Of a stretch of 64,000 bases of DNA, positions 8,912-18,449 are shown piece by piece. A program made the position numbers and the translations under genes. Position 1 is the stretch's first letter. Each line of letters opens with the position of its first letter. The stretch is from Kiritimatiellia bacterium (GTDB lineage: Bacteria > Verrucomicrobiota > Kiritimatiellia > CAIVKH01). Location of the stretch: positions 3,237 to 67,236 of the forward strand of contig DAOLCW010000002.1 of assembly GCA_035327665.1 (NCBI GenBank). The letters run 5' to 3'. The notes beneath the pieces were generated by a model. The model searched no databases. It was not told where the DNA came from and saw only the letters and a list, made by a program, of their open reading frames with translations.

Positions 8912-10728
8912 GGAGGTCGAGCCCGGGATTACCCCTCGATGACGAGATTCTCCGGTTGAGGATCCTTGCCGTGGCGATGTTCCTTTTCCTTTGCGTGATT
9001 GTCGGGGCGTTGTGGCGGATTCAGGTTCGCCAAGGACACACCTACGAAGATGATCTTACCCGGCAAAGCGTGCGGAGGGTGCTGCTTCCGGGAATTCGCG
9101 GCAAAATTCATGACCGGCACGATGTGATTCTCGCCGACAACCGCCCAAGTTACAATGTGGCCTTGTATCTGGAGGAACTCCGGCAGCCCCCTCCGTGGCG
9201 ACGGACCATCGACCATGTCGAAGGATTGTTGGAGCAAATGGGACATCTGCTGGATCTCCCTCCTCAATTGTCCCGCGACGATATTTGGAACCATATACGC
9301 CGCCAACTTCCCCTTCCTTTGATTGCCTGGCGGGATATCGATGAGACGGCGCTGTCGAGGCTGTCCGAACATGCGTCGCAACTCCCGGGGGTCGATATTT
9401 ATGTGCAGGCGGTCAGGTATTATCCTTTCCGCAACTTGGGTACACATGTGATTGGCTATGTGGGTCATGCGGATCCCCCCGACAATCCCGAGGAACGGTT
9501 TGACTACTACATCGCTGACATGGAGGGGAAGGCAGGAATCGAGCGACGCATGGATTCACGGTTGAGGGGGGAGGCTGGAGGACGCCTTCTCCGGGTGGAT
9601 GTGACCGGCTACCGTCGACATGACATTGCATCAAGGCTCCCCCGCCACGGCCAGTCGATCACCTTGTCGATTGACCGGGATCTTCAGGAAATGGCGGAAC
9701 GGATCATGGGGGACGAGGTGGGGTCAGTGGTCGTCCTGGATCCGAACAATGGGGACGTGCTTGCCATGGTCAGTTCGCCAGGTTACGACCTTAATCTGTT
9801 CGTACCCCGTATTCCGCATTCCCGTTGGAATCAATTGATGAATGACCCCCGGACGCCCTTGTTGAACCGGGCCATATCCGGAGTGTATCCACCGGGGAGT
9901 ACCTTCAAACCGATCACCGCGCTGGCCGGGTTGAATGAGGGGCAGATTCCACTGAACCAAAGTTACACCTGCCAAGGATATACCCAACTGGGGCGAACGG
10001 TTTTTCGCTGTGCCGCACGGCAGGGACATGGTCCACTTGCCCTGCGCCGCTCGCTCGAGGTTTCGTGCAATGTCTATTACTATCAACTTGGTTTGGCGAC
10101 GGGAATTGATGCCATCGCCCACATGGCGTGGAGCATGGGGCTCGGTCAGCGCACGGGCATTGACCTCGACGGCGAAGCGGCAGGTTTGGTGCCGGACCGG
10201 GTATGGAAACGGCGGGTCCATCGCGATGGGTGGCGCGATGGGGACACCTTGAATGTTTCCATCGGGCAAGGTGCCCTGCAAGTCACTCCGCTTCAAATGG
10301 CGGTGATTGCGGCCACCCTCGCCAATGGAGGTACGGTGTACCGGCCGCGGCTCGTCTTGCGGTCCCATGATCCCGAGTCCGATACCACGGAAACCTTTCC
10401 CGTGACGGTGGTCAATCAGCTCTCCTGGCGGCGGGACGTAATCCGGACCATTCAGGCTGGTATGAGGGACGCCGTGATGGGGGAACAGGGTACGGGACGA
10501 AACGCCCGGATTCCCGGGGTCGAGGTGGCGGCCAAGACCGGCACGGCCGAGTTTGGTCCCAAGGAAGCCCGTCTTCGCCATGCATGGATGATTGCCTACG
10601 CTCCCGTCGAATCTCCGCGTTACGCAATCGCCATGTTGGTGGATGAGGGGGAGGGGGGAGGCGCAACCGTTGGTCCAAAGTTGCAGCGCCTGCTCCACTT
10701 TTTGTTCAGCGAGGAGGGAGCAGGATGA
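8908..10728 (+). CDS. mrdA: penicillin-binding protein 2 (elongasome transpeptidase); ORF track start 8680 rejected, ATG 8908 overlaps mreD stop
   Basis: STFK (GSTFKP), SCN (EVSCNVYYY), KTG (AKTGTAE) transpeptidase motifs. Confidence 0.85.
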   Translation: MRRSSPGLPLDDEILRLRILAVAMFLFLCVIVGALWRIQVRQGHTYEDDLTRQSVRRVLLPGIRGKIHDRHDVILADNRPSYNVALYLEELRQPPPWRRTIDHVEGLLEQMGHLLDLPPQLSRDDIWNHIRRQLPLPLIAWRDIDETALSRLSEHASQLPGVDIYVQAVRYYPFRNLGTHVIGYVGHADPPDNPEERFDYYIADMEGKAGIERRMDSRLRGEAGGRLLRVDVTGYRRHDIASRLPRHGQSITLSIDRDLQEMAERIMGDEVGSVVVLDPNNGDVLAMVSSPGYDLNLFVPRIPHSRWNQLMNDPRTPLLNRAISGVYPPGSTFKPITALAGLNEGQIPLNQSYTCQGYTQLGRTVFRCAARQGHGPLALRRSLEVSCNVYYYQLGLATGIDAIAHMAWSMGLGQRTGIDLDGEAAGLVPDRVWKRRVHRDGWRDGDTLNVSIGQGALQVTPLQMAVIAATLANGGTVYRPRLVLRSHDPESDTTETFPVTVVNQLSWRRDVIRTIQAGMRDAVMGEQGTGRNARIPGVEVAAKTGTAEFGPKEARLRHAWMIAYAPVESPRYAIAMLVDEGEGGGATVGPKLQRLLHFLFSEEGAG

Positions 10729-11834
10729 GTCTGATTCGCTTTGACGCAATACGCCGAATCGACCCGCTTTTCCTCCTGGGGATTCTAGCGCTTGTCGTGG
10801 TTGGTTTCTTCTTTGTCTATAGCGCCTCCTATCGGGGGGATGAAGATACCTTGACCACGATGACCCGGCTCCAGATCCGCTGGGCTTCGCTTGGCCTCAT
10901 CCTCTTCCTGCTTACGGTGAAGACCGACTACCGCAATCTTCAGGGTACAGCTCCTTTGATCTATTTTCTTTGCCTGGTGCTTTTGGTTCTCGTGCTGGTC
11001 ATGGGAGTGAAGATCTCCGGGGCCTACCGATGGTTAAGCCTGATGGGGGTTCGTATCCAGCCGTCTGAATTCGCCAAGCTGGGGGTCTTGCTCATGCTTG
11101 CGGCCTACCTTGGCCAGCCGGGGCGCGATATGCGTTCGGTCAAAACGCTGGTCACGGTGCTGCTACTAGCCGGAATCCCCTTCGCATTGATCCTCCAGCA
11201 GCCGGATCTGGGAACGGCGATGATGCTGGTCCCCATGGCCTTTGTGATGTTGTTCATTGCCGGGGTGCCCATCCGGTACCTTTTGGTTATGGTGGGAATC
11301 GGCATCCTGCTCATGCCCTTGGGATGGTTCCTGCTTGATGATTATCAGCATGAACGCATCCTCGTCTTTTTCGATCCTGGACGAGACCCTCGAGGCGCGG
11401 GCTGGAATAAAATTCAGTCGGAGATCGCGGTGGGTTCGGGTGGTTTGACCGGGAAAGGATTCCTCATGGGAACCCAGAACATTCTCGGGTTTCTGCCCCG
11501 GACGGTGGCTCCGACCGATTTTATTTTTTCCGTGATCGCCGAAGAGGCAGGCTTTCTTGGAAGTGTTGGGGTGATTCTTCTTTACGCGGTTTTGCTGACG
11601 CGCGGATTACGCGCGGGAATCCGTTCCCGCGATGTCTTCGGCCGGTTGCTGTGCGCGGGAATGGTCACCTTGTTGTTTGGACATGTCTTCGTCAATATGG
11701 CGATGACCATCGGGCTGATGCCGATCACCGGCTTGCCCTTGCCCCTGATCAGTTACGGAGGCTCGTTCATGATTTGCACCATGATCGGCCTGGGTTTAAT
11801 TCAAAGTGTATATGCGCGGCGGTTGCCGCGTTAA
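10725..11834 (+). CDS. rodA: SEDS-family peptidoglycan polymerase RodA
   Basis: FtsW/RodA/SpoVE 10-TM architecture, immediately downstream of mrdA with 4-nt overlap. Confidence 0.85.
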   Translation: MSLIRFDAIRRIDPLFLLGILALVVVGFFFVYSASYRGDEDTLTTMTRLQIRWASLGLILFLLTVKTDYRNLQGTAPLIYFLCLVLLVLVLVMGVKISGAYRWLSLMGVRIQPSEFAKLGVLLMLAAYLGQPGRDMRSVKTLVTVLLLAGIPFALILQQPDLGTAMMLVPMAFVMLFIAGVPIRYLLVMVGIGILLMPLGWFLLDDYQHERILVFFDPGRDPRGAGWNKIQSEIAVGSGGLTGKGFLMGTQNILGFLPRTVAPTDFIFSVIAEEAGFLGSVGVILLYAVLLTRGLRAGIRSRDVFGRLLCAGMVTLLFGHVFVNMAMTIGLMPITGLPLPLISYGGSFMICTMIGLGLIQSVYARRLPR

Positions 11835-11849
11835 GAAAGGAGAAATAAC

Positions 11850-13445
11850 ATGTGGGAGTTCGTAAAAAACCTCGCCCGCAAGAAGATCAAAAAGGAAATC
11901 ATCATCAACAAGGAGTCGCTTCAGACCCGGGTGGTGGTGCTTGAAGAAGGCAAACTCGAGGATTTCTTCATCGAACGTTCGTCGGAAGACCGTATCGTGG
12001 GAAGCATCTTCAAGGGGCGCATTCAGAACCTTGAAGACGGCCTTCAGGCCGCGTTCATCGATCTTGGCCTCAAAAAGAATGCCTTTGTGCATTACTGGGA
12101 CATGATTCCCGAGGATGCCGCCCGTTTGGAAGCGGAGGAGGGGGTGGATTTGCGTCGAGCCAGTCGCCGCCGGAAGATTTCCTCGGAAGAAATTGCCAAG
12201 CGATTTCCGGTCGGTTCGGAAATCATCGTTCAGGTCACCAAGGGAGCCATCGGGACCAAAGGTCCGCGGGTCACTGCGAACCTGAGCGTTCCCGGTCGTT
12301 ATCTGGTCATGATGCCGGGCTCCACGCTCAAGGGAGTCTCCCGCAAGATTGAGGATGCCAAGGAGCGGGATCGCTTGAAAAAGGTTCTCGCGCGGCTTCC
12401 GCTGCCTTCCGGCAACGGGATTATCGTGCGTACCGCGGGAGCGAAAGCCCGCAAAGTCAGTTTTGTGCGGGACATTCGCGCTCTTACTGAGATCTGGCAG
12501 GACATCGAGGCAGGCATGCGGGACAAGCCCGCTCCGGCCCGATTGTATCAGGAACCGGATCTGGTCGAGCGCACCGTGCGCGACCTGTTGACCGAGGACA
12601 TCGACCGGATTGTCGTCGACTCCAAGGACGAGGCCAACCGGATCAAGATGATCATCGCCAAATTTCACCGCCGTTCCCGTTGCCGGGTTCAGACGTATGA
12701 TGGCGAGGCGTCCATTTTCGAGCACTTCGACATTGAGCGGCAGTTGGAGAATGCATTCAGCCGCAAAGTCTGGCTGAAGAGCGGTGGCTCGTTGATTCTG
12801 GATGAGACCGAAGCTCTGGTTGCCATCGATATCAATACCGGTCGACACAAGGGAGGTGCCAACCAGGAAGAGTCGATCGTGCAGGTGAATCTTGAAGCGG
12901 CCGAGGAAATCGCCCGTCAACTCCGGCTAAGGAATATCGGGGGTCTGGTGGTGATCGACTTTATCGATATGAAGCAAAAGAAAAATCAGAATCTGGTTTA
13001 TCGAAGCTTTAAGGATTATCTCCAGAAGGACAAGGCACGGACCAACGTGCTTCCCTTGTCGTCGCTCGGCCTCATGGAAATGACCCGGCAACGTCAGGAA
13101 GAGAGTGTTCGAGCATCGACCTACATGAATTGTCCGTACTGTGAAGGCCGGGGCAAAGTGATGTCGGCGATGAGCATGAGTGTGGAAGTGCAACGGCGGA
13201 TCGGCGAGGTCATGCGTCGGCATCGGGGAACGGTCGAAAAGCCGTTGCCACTAAAGATTGCCGTGAACCCGCTTGTGTTGGAAAGGCTCCGCAGCGAAGA
13301 TGAGACGATTCTCGTCGAACTCGAGTCGAAATTCCATGGTCGTCTCTCCTTCGTATCCTCTCAGAACCTTCATGTGGAGGAGTTCCTGATTCAGCATGGC
13401 GAAACCAACGAGGAACTGTTTTCAAATGTAGAGCGGAAGACGTAA
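11850..13445 (+). CDS. rng: ribonuclease G (RNase E/G family)
   Basis: S1 domain RIVGSIFKGRIQN, catalytic LVAIDINTG, zinc-link CPYCEGRG; 531 aa (too short for RNase E). Confidence 0.8.
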   Translation: MWEFVKNLARKKIKKEIIINKESLQTRVVVLEEGKLEDFFIERSSEDRIVGSIFKGRIQNLEDGLQAAFIDLGLKKNAFVHYWDMIPEDAARLEAEEGVDLRRASRRRKISSEEIAKRFPVGSEIIVQVTKGAIGTKGPRVTANLSVPGRYLVMMPGSTLKGVSRKIEDAKERDRLKKVLARLPLPSGNGIIVRTAGAKARKVSFVRDIRALTEIWQDIEAGMRDKPAPARLYQEPDLVERTVRDLLTEDIDRIVVDSKDEANRIKMIIAKFHRRSRCRVQTYDGEASIFEHFDIERQLENAFSRKVWLKSGGSLILDETEALVAIDINTGRHKGGANQEESIVQVNLEAAEEIARQLRLRNIGGLVVIDFIDMKQKKNQNLVYRSFKDYLQKDKARTNVLPLSSLGLMEMTRQRQEESVRASTYMNCPYCEGRGKVMSAMSMSVEVQRRIGEVMRRHRGTVEKPLPLKIAVNPLVLERLRSEDETILVELESKFHGRLSFVSSQNLHVEEFLIQHGETNEELFSNVERKT

Positions 13446-13485
13446 CTGGACGTCCACGGTCACAAAAGCGCTTTACATTCAAGGA

Positions 13486-15879
13486 TTGCCGGGGTTTCAT
13501 CATCAGGTGAACCAACCCCGGCCATTCTTTTTTACCGCGTCGGGAAGCATCCTTCAGGCGGTGTGGTGCCTTGGTCTTGTCGCATGGAGTCATCTTGCGT
13601 ACCCAGCCATGCCTTCCCCGGAGGATTGGCGGGATATCACCATCTACCAAATCTTTACCGACCGGTTTCATGACGGAGATCCTTCCAATAATCATCTCTC
13701 CCCTTCGGTCTTCAATCCTACGGATTCAAGACGAATTCACGGAGGAGACTTCCGGGGGATCGAACAGAAGCTCGATTACATCAAGGCTCTGGGTGCGGAT
13801 GCGATTTGGATTTCGCCGATACCTTTAAATGTCGGTCATTCGGCGTACCATGGCTACGGGGCGCATGACTTTTATACCCTCTCCCCGCACTGGGGGACCA
13901 TGGCCGACCTTCGGAGCATGGTTTCCAATGCCCATGTCCGGGGGATTTATGTCATCCTCGACATTGTCACCAATCACAAGGGCGACCGCATTGGTGCCAA
14001 CCTGAATACCGGTTATCCTGCCTACAATCCATCCGGTTACCCCCTGCGATGGTGGACTTCCACGCAATACCCGCCCCCGTTCGATCAACTTGACCATTTT
14101 CACAACTTTGGTGAAATCCAAAACCTGTGGTATGACCCCCCGCAAATACTCGGCGAATTGATGGGGCTCGATGATCTCAAGACGGAGACCGAACATGTTC
14201 GCACCAACATGATCGCGATCTATTCGCATTGGATTGAACAGGGTGGTTTCGATGGGTTCCGGATCGATACGGTCAAACATGTCGAGATGGGTTTCTGGCA
14301 GGTGTTTAATCCGGCGATCCGGGAGTTTGCCGCGTCCCTCGGTAAAACCAATTTTTTTCAGTTCGGAGAGGTGTACGACGGTTCCGATGCCAAATGCGGA
14401 TCCTACACAGGGACGCAGGCGGGCGGTCCCTACGCGAATGATTCGGTCCTTGATTTTCCCTTGTACTTTCAGATCAACGATGTATTCGCCCGGGCCACCG
14501 CCCCGACCATGCGTATTCGCGACCGCTACCATCAGTTGGATCACTACCATCCGGATGCCCGGGACCGGCTCGTGACCTTTCTCGATAATCATGATTTTCC
14601 ACGTTTCATGAACGCGGCCAATGCCAACAACAATACGGCCCGCCTGCACGTTGCGACGACCTTTCTCTACACATCCCGGGGAATACCCAGCCTCTATTAC
14701 GGTACCGAACAGAACTTCAATGGAGGCCATGACCCTCAGAACCGGGAAAACATGTTCGATGGGCAATTCCCGGCCACCGGTCCCTCGGTGGGCGACCGCT
14801 TTGATATGACCGAAACCACCTTTCAACACATTGCGCGTTTGACTAATTTCCGTCGTCTCTACCCCGCGCTTCGAAGGGGGACCCACCATAACTTATGGCA
14901 CAATCCGGATGGTCCGGGTCTTTTCGCCTATGCGCGGCGACTCGAGGATCAGGAAGTTTTTGTCATGATGAACACCTCTCCCACACCCCAGCAACTTGCG
15001 GCCCGGCCAACCATGTATCCGCCCGGCACCCGGCTGGTGAACCTGCTTAACACCCAGGAAATCGTCACGGTCACCGGAGGAAATGATGGCATTCCTCCCA
15101 TCCCAATCGCTGGAACCACATCGAAAATCTTCATTGCGGAATCGTATTGGCAACCATTGAATCCGGTGGTCGTCCGACAAGCTCCCGCCCATGCAGGAGG
15201 CGGGGTGCCATGGCACGGGGGAGTCACGCTGGATTTCAGCCAACCCATGGAGACCAACGCAACTCAATCAGCGTTTTCGATTTACCCTCCCATGACGGGA
15301 TCTTTCCTTTGGTCTTCGGACCGAATGCGAATGACCTTTGTTCCCTCACTCCCGGGATTGCCCACGAACCAGCGGGTTGACTATCGCGTCGGTACGGAAG
15401 CGTTTTCGGATGCGACGGGTCAATCCATCCATGGCGGATTCGAATCTTTTTTCACGGTGGAAACCGTGAGCGGAAATCCCGCGTTGCCTGCCGACGGGCT
15501 TCCAGGGTGGTGGCGCATGCATTCGTTTGGGACCCTGGAGGTATCGCTACAAACGTCAACGCGAGCGGAGGATGATTTCGACGGCGACGGACTCTCAAAT
15601 CTTGAAGAATTTATCGCCGGCACCGATCCCGCGAATCCAGCATCCTTCCTGAAGGTTGACGATATCTACACGGGATCGGATGTCCATTTGGCCTTTCCCA
15701 CCCGTTCAGACCGATGGTACCGGGTGCTTTTCGCCGATGGTTTGGAAGGGGTTCAACACTGGGAACCGTTAAGCGAGTGGACGGAAGGAACCGGAGGTCG
15801 GAACATCCTTCTCGATGATGAACCCATGTCCCTGCGGGCCTACCGGCTTGAGGTCGGGGTCGAACCTTCCGCTCCCTGA
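13486..15879 (+). CDS. secreted GH13 alpha-amylase-family glycoside hydrolase with C-terminal TSP3-like Ca-binding repeat
   Basis: GFDGFRIDTVKHV (nucleophile Asp), GEVYDG (acid/base Glu), FLDNHD; DDFDGDGLSNLEEFIAGTDPANP near C-terminus; N-terminal hydrophobic signal. Confidence 0.8.
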   Translation: MPGFHHQVNQPRPFFFTASGSILQAVWCLGLVAWSHLAYPAMPSPEDWRDITIYQIFTDRFHDGDPSNNHLSPSVFNPTDSRRIHGGDFRGIEQKLDYIKALGADAIWISPIPLNVGHSAYHGYGAHDFYTLSPHWGTMADLRSMVSNAHVRGIYVILDIVTNHKGDRIGANLNTGYPAYNPSGYPLRWWTSTQYPPPFDQLDHFHNFGEIQNLWYDPPQILGELMGLDDLKTETEHVRTNMIAIYSHWIEQGGFDGFRIDTVKHVEMGFWQVFNPAIREFAASLGKTNFFQFGEVYDGSDAKCGSYTGTQAGGPYANDSVLDFPLYFQINDVFARATAPTMRIRDRYHQLDHYHPDARDRLVTFLDNHDFPRFMNAANANNNTARLHVATTFLYTSRGIPSLYYGTEQNFNGGHDPQNRENMFDGQFPATGPSVGDRFDMTETTFQHIARLTNFRRLYPALRRGTHHNLWHNPDGPGLFAYARRLEDQEVFVMMNTSPTPQQLAARPTMYPPGTRLVNLLNTQEIVTVTGGNDGIPPIPIAGTTSKIFIAESYWQPLNPVVVRQAPAHAGGGVPWHGGVTLDFSQPMETNATQSAFSIYPPMTGSFLWSSDRMRMTFVPSLPGLPTNQRVDYRVGTEAFSDATGQSIHGGFESFFTVETVSGNPALPADGLPGWWRMHSFGTLEVSLQTSTRAEDDFDGDGLSNLEEFIAGTDPANPASFLKVDDIYTGSDVHLAFPTRSDRWYRVLFADGLEGVQHWEPLSEWTEGTGGRNILLDDEPMSLRAYRLEVGVEPSAP

Positions 15880-15892
15880 GCGTGATGTGTCC

Positions 15893-16129
15893 CTATCCAC
15901 CCGAGACGGGGGGAAGCAACATTATACGATCCCCGTCGCGCAACGGGTGTGCCCGGTTGACAATCGCTTCGTTGACCGCAAGTCGAATGCGATCCGGTGG
16001 CCATGAAAAGCGGTGGCGATCTGCCAGATCATCGTAAAGGGCTCCTGCCGTGGTTGCGCTGGTCTCCACACATTCGGTGCGGGTTCGAGCGATCTCGGCA
16101 AGGACGCCAAAATAGGTCACTTCGATCAT
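15893..16129 (-). CDS. moaD: molybdopterin synthase sulfur-carrier subunit MoaD (start trimmed to MIEVTYFG; C-terminal GG)
   Basis: 78 aa ending ...LLPPVSGG; ATGA overlap with moaC stop. Confidence 0.7.
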   Translation of the reverse strand: MIEVTYFGVLAEIARTRTECVETSATTAGALYDDLADRHRFSWPPDRIRLAVNEAIVNRAHPLRDGDRIMLLPPVSGG

Positions 16130-16593
16130 GAGGATTTGCCCCCGGTTTTTTCGACAAGACGGATCTCCCGAATCACCATCTGGTGGGAGATCGACTTGCA
16201 CATGTCATAGAGGGTTAGCGCAGCCATGGTCACACCGGTCAAGGCCTCCATTTCCACCCCGGTCCGCCATGTGGTACGGACGGTACAGGAAAGTTGAATG
16301 CATCGAGCGCCGGGATCGGGTCGAATATCGATGGAACAATGATCGAGGGGCAGGCTGTGGCACATAGGAATGAGGCTATCCGTCCGCTTGGCCGCTTGAA
16401 TACCGGCAACGACGGCGGTCTGGAAAACCGGGCCCTTCGGGGTGACGATATCTCCTTCGTTTAGCGCGGCAAGGATGTCGGGGCCGCAGTCGAGTACAGC
16501 GGAAGCAACGGCGGTTCGCAGCGTGGGTTGCTTGGAGGAGATGTCGACCATCGAGGGCCGCCCATCCGGCGTAAGATGAGAAAAGGCATTCAT
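16126..16593 (-). CDS. moaC: cyclic pyranopterin monophosphate synthase MoaC (start at MNAFSHLTPDG)
   Basis: MVDISSK, PKGPVFQTA, LTGVTMAALTLYDMCK motifs. Confidence 0.85.
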   Translation of the reverse strand: MNAFSHLTPDGRPSMVDISSKQPTLRTAVASAVLDCGPDILAALNEGDIVTPKGPVFQTAVVAGIQAAKRTDSLIPMCHSLPLDHCSIDIRPDPGARCIQLSCTVRTTWRTGVEMEALTGVTMAALTLYDMCKSISHQMVIREIRLVEKTGGKSS

Positions 16594-16643
16594 ACGATCA
16601 TGGTCCTGTTTGGCGTAAAAAAGGCAAGTGCAATGGCAAGACA

Positions 16644-18449
16644 TCAACGGGGCGGCGGCTGATGGGCGAGGAGATCGTAAAGTTTGCGGTAATAGCCTCC
16701 GCGGGCCAGCAATTGAGGGTGGGAACCTTCCTCAACAAGTTCCCCATGGCGAAGGACGAGAATGCGGTCGACATCCCGGATGGTGGAAAGCCGGTGGGCG
16801 ATGATGATGCTGGTCCGTTCGTGAAGGATGCGATGGAGGGCGTCCTGGATCAGCAACTCGGTCTCGGTGTCGACATTGGCGGTGGCTTCATCGAGGATGA
16901 GGAGGATGTCCGGATCCTGGGCAATGGCCCGGGCCAAGGCGAGCAGTTGCTTTTGACCGGTGGACAAGCCGGCCCCTCGTTCGAGCACAGGGGCGTCGTA
17001 GCCGCCGGGACGGTTTTCGATAAAGGTATGAGCATTGACATACCGGGCCGCCTCCACCATTCGCTCGCGGGTCACTGCGGGATTAAACAGGGTGATGTTT
17101 TCACCGAGGGTGCCGGAAAAGATGAACGGATCCTGAAGCACGATTCCGATGTGGCGGCGCAGGTCAGACTGCCGGTAATCGCGTACGTCCCGGTCGTCCA
17201 CCCTCACCGAACCCTGTTGCACATCGTAGAAACGGGCGATGAGGCTGATGATGGTGGACTTGCCTGAACCGGTTGCTCCCACAATGGCGATCGACTGACC
17301 GGGCTCGATGGTGAAGGAAACGTCGTTGAGCACCCAGTGCTCGTGGTTGTAGGCAAAGCGAACGCGGTCGAATTCCACCTTTCCCTTGAAGCGGTCAAGA
17401 GGAGCAGGGGCAGCGGGGTCGTGAAGGAATTCCGGTTCGTCAATGAGGCCGAACACCCGCTCCGAGGAGGCCATCGCGGCCTGAAGGACATTTGATTTTT
17501 CCGACAAATCTTCAAGGGGTCGGAAGAAGTCGCGCAGGTAGGCAAGGTAAGCGATAAGTACGCCGATGGTGATGCCATGCTCGCCGGTAAGCAGGGCGTG
17601 TCCGCCCACAAGCAGGATAAAGGAAAGGGTCAGAGCATTCTGAATTTCCGTCACCGGGAAGGACAGGCTGAACCATTTGACGCTGTAGAGGTTGGCGTCG
17701 CGCAAGCGCTGGTTGAAGCCGTTGAAGCCGCGCCGGGTGGTTTCCTCGCGATTGAACAATTGGATGGTGGTCATTCCGGTCAACATTTCCTGTAAATAGG
17801 AATTGAGGGCGGATTGGCGCTTTCGCACCTCGCGATGAGCTTGCCGGACCTTGACGTTCAGATACACGAGGGAGATGAAGAGGAGGGGCAGCAGCACAAG
17901 AAGAATCGAGGCGAGCCGGGGACTCAGGTAGATCATGTAACCGATAATGCCGAGGATGGTGAACACGTCGACAATCAGCCCGACGAGCCCGTCGGTGAGG
18001 AGCCGCTGCATGGCATCGACATCCGAGCCGACCCGGGTCATGAGGCGTCCCACCGGATTGCGGTCGAAGTAGCGAAGAGGGAGCCGCATAATCTTGGCGT
18101 AGATATCGGCGCGGAGGTCGAACAGGATCTTCTGTCCGATCCACGACATCACGTAGCCCTGAGCGTATCTCAAGAAGACCACCACACCGGCAATGGAAAG
18201 GAAGATCCAGGCAATAGAGGTCAATTCGGCGATGCGGGTTGCCGCGTCGAGTCCGGTGGCGACAAGGGCATCGTCGATCGCCCGCTTGATGAGCAGGGGC
18301 AGGAAGTTCATCAGCAGGGTGAGGGGAAGCGTAAGGACGAGGGCGAGAAGCATGTACCCCCGGTAGGGGTAGGCATAGACGATCAACCGCCGGAGCAGGC
18401 GCTTGTCGAAAAGGCGACTGGGCATGTCCGACTCGAGGTGCTCGTTCAT
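16644..18449 (-). CDS. ABC exporter ATP-binding/permease subunit (type I exporter fold, 6 TM + NBD); non-canonical LSTGQ signature
   Basis: Walker A GATGSGKST, signature LSTGQKQ, Walker B ILLILDEATANVD, H-loop IIAHRLST. Confidence 0.85.
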   Translation of the reverse strand: MNEHLESDMPSRLFDKRLLRRLIVYAYPYRGYMLLALVLTLPLTLLMNFLPLLIKRAIDDALVATGLDAATRIAELTSIAWIFLSIAGVVVFLRYAQGYVMSWIGQKILFDLRADIYAKIMRLPLRYFDRNPVGRLMTRVGSDVDAMQRLLTDGLVGLIVDVFTILGIIGYMIYLSPRLASILLVLLPLLFISLVYLNVKVRQAHREVRKRQSALNSYLQEMLTGMTTIQLFNREETTRRGFNGFNQRLRDANLYSVKWFSLSFPVTEIQNALTLSFILLVGGHALLTGEHGITIGVLIAYLAYLRDFFRPLEDLSEKSNVLQAAMASSERVFGLIDEPEFLHDPAAPAPLDRFKGKVEFDRVRFAYNHEHWVLNDVSFTIEPGQSIAIVGATGSGKSTIISLIARFYDVQQGSVRVDDRDVRDYRQSDLRRHIGIVLQDPFIFSGTLGENITLFNPAVTRERMVEAARYVNAHTFIENRPGGYDAPVLERGAGLSTGQKQLLALARAIAQDPDILLILDEATANVDTETELLIQDALHRILHERTSIIIAHRLSTIRDVDRILVLRHGELVEEGSHPQLLARGGYYRKLYDLLAHQPPPR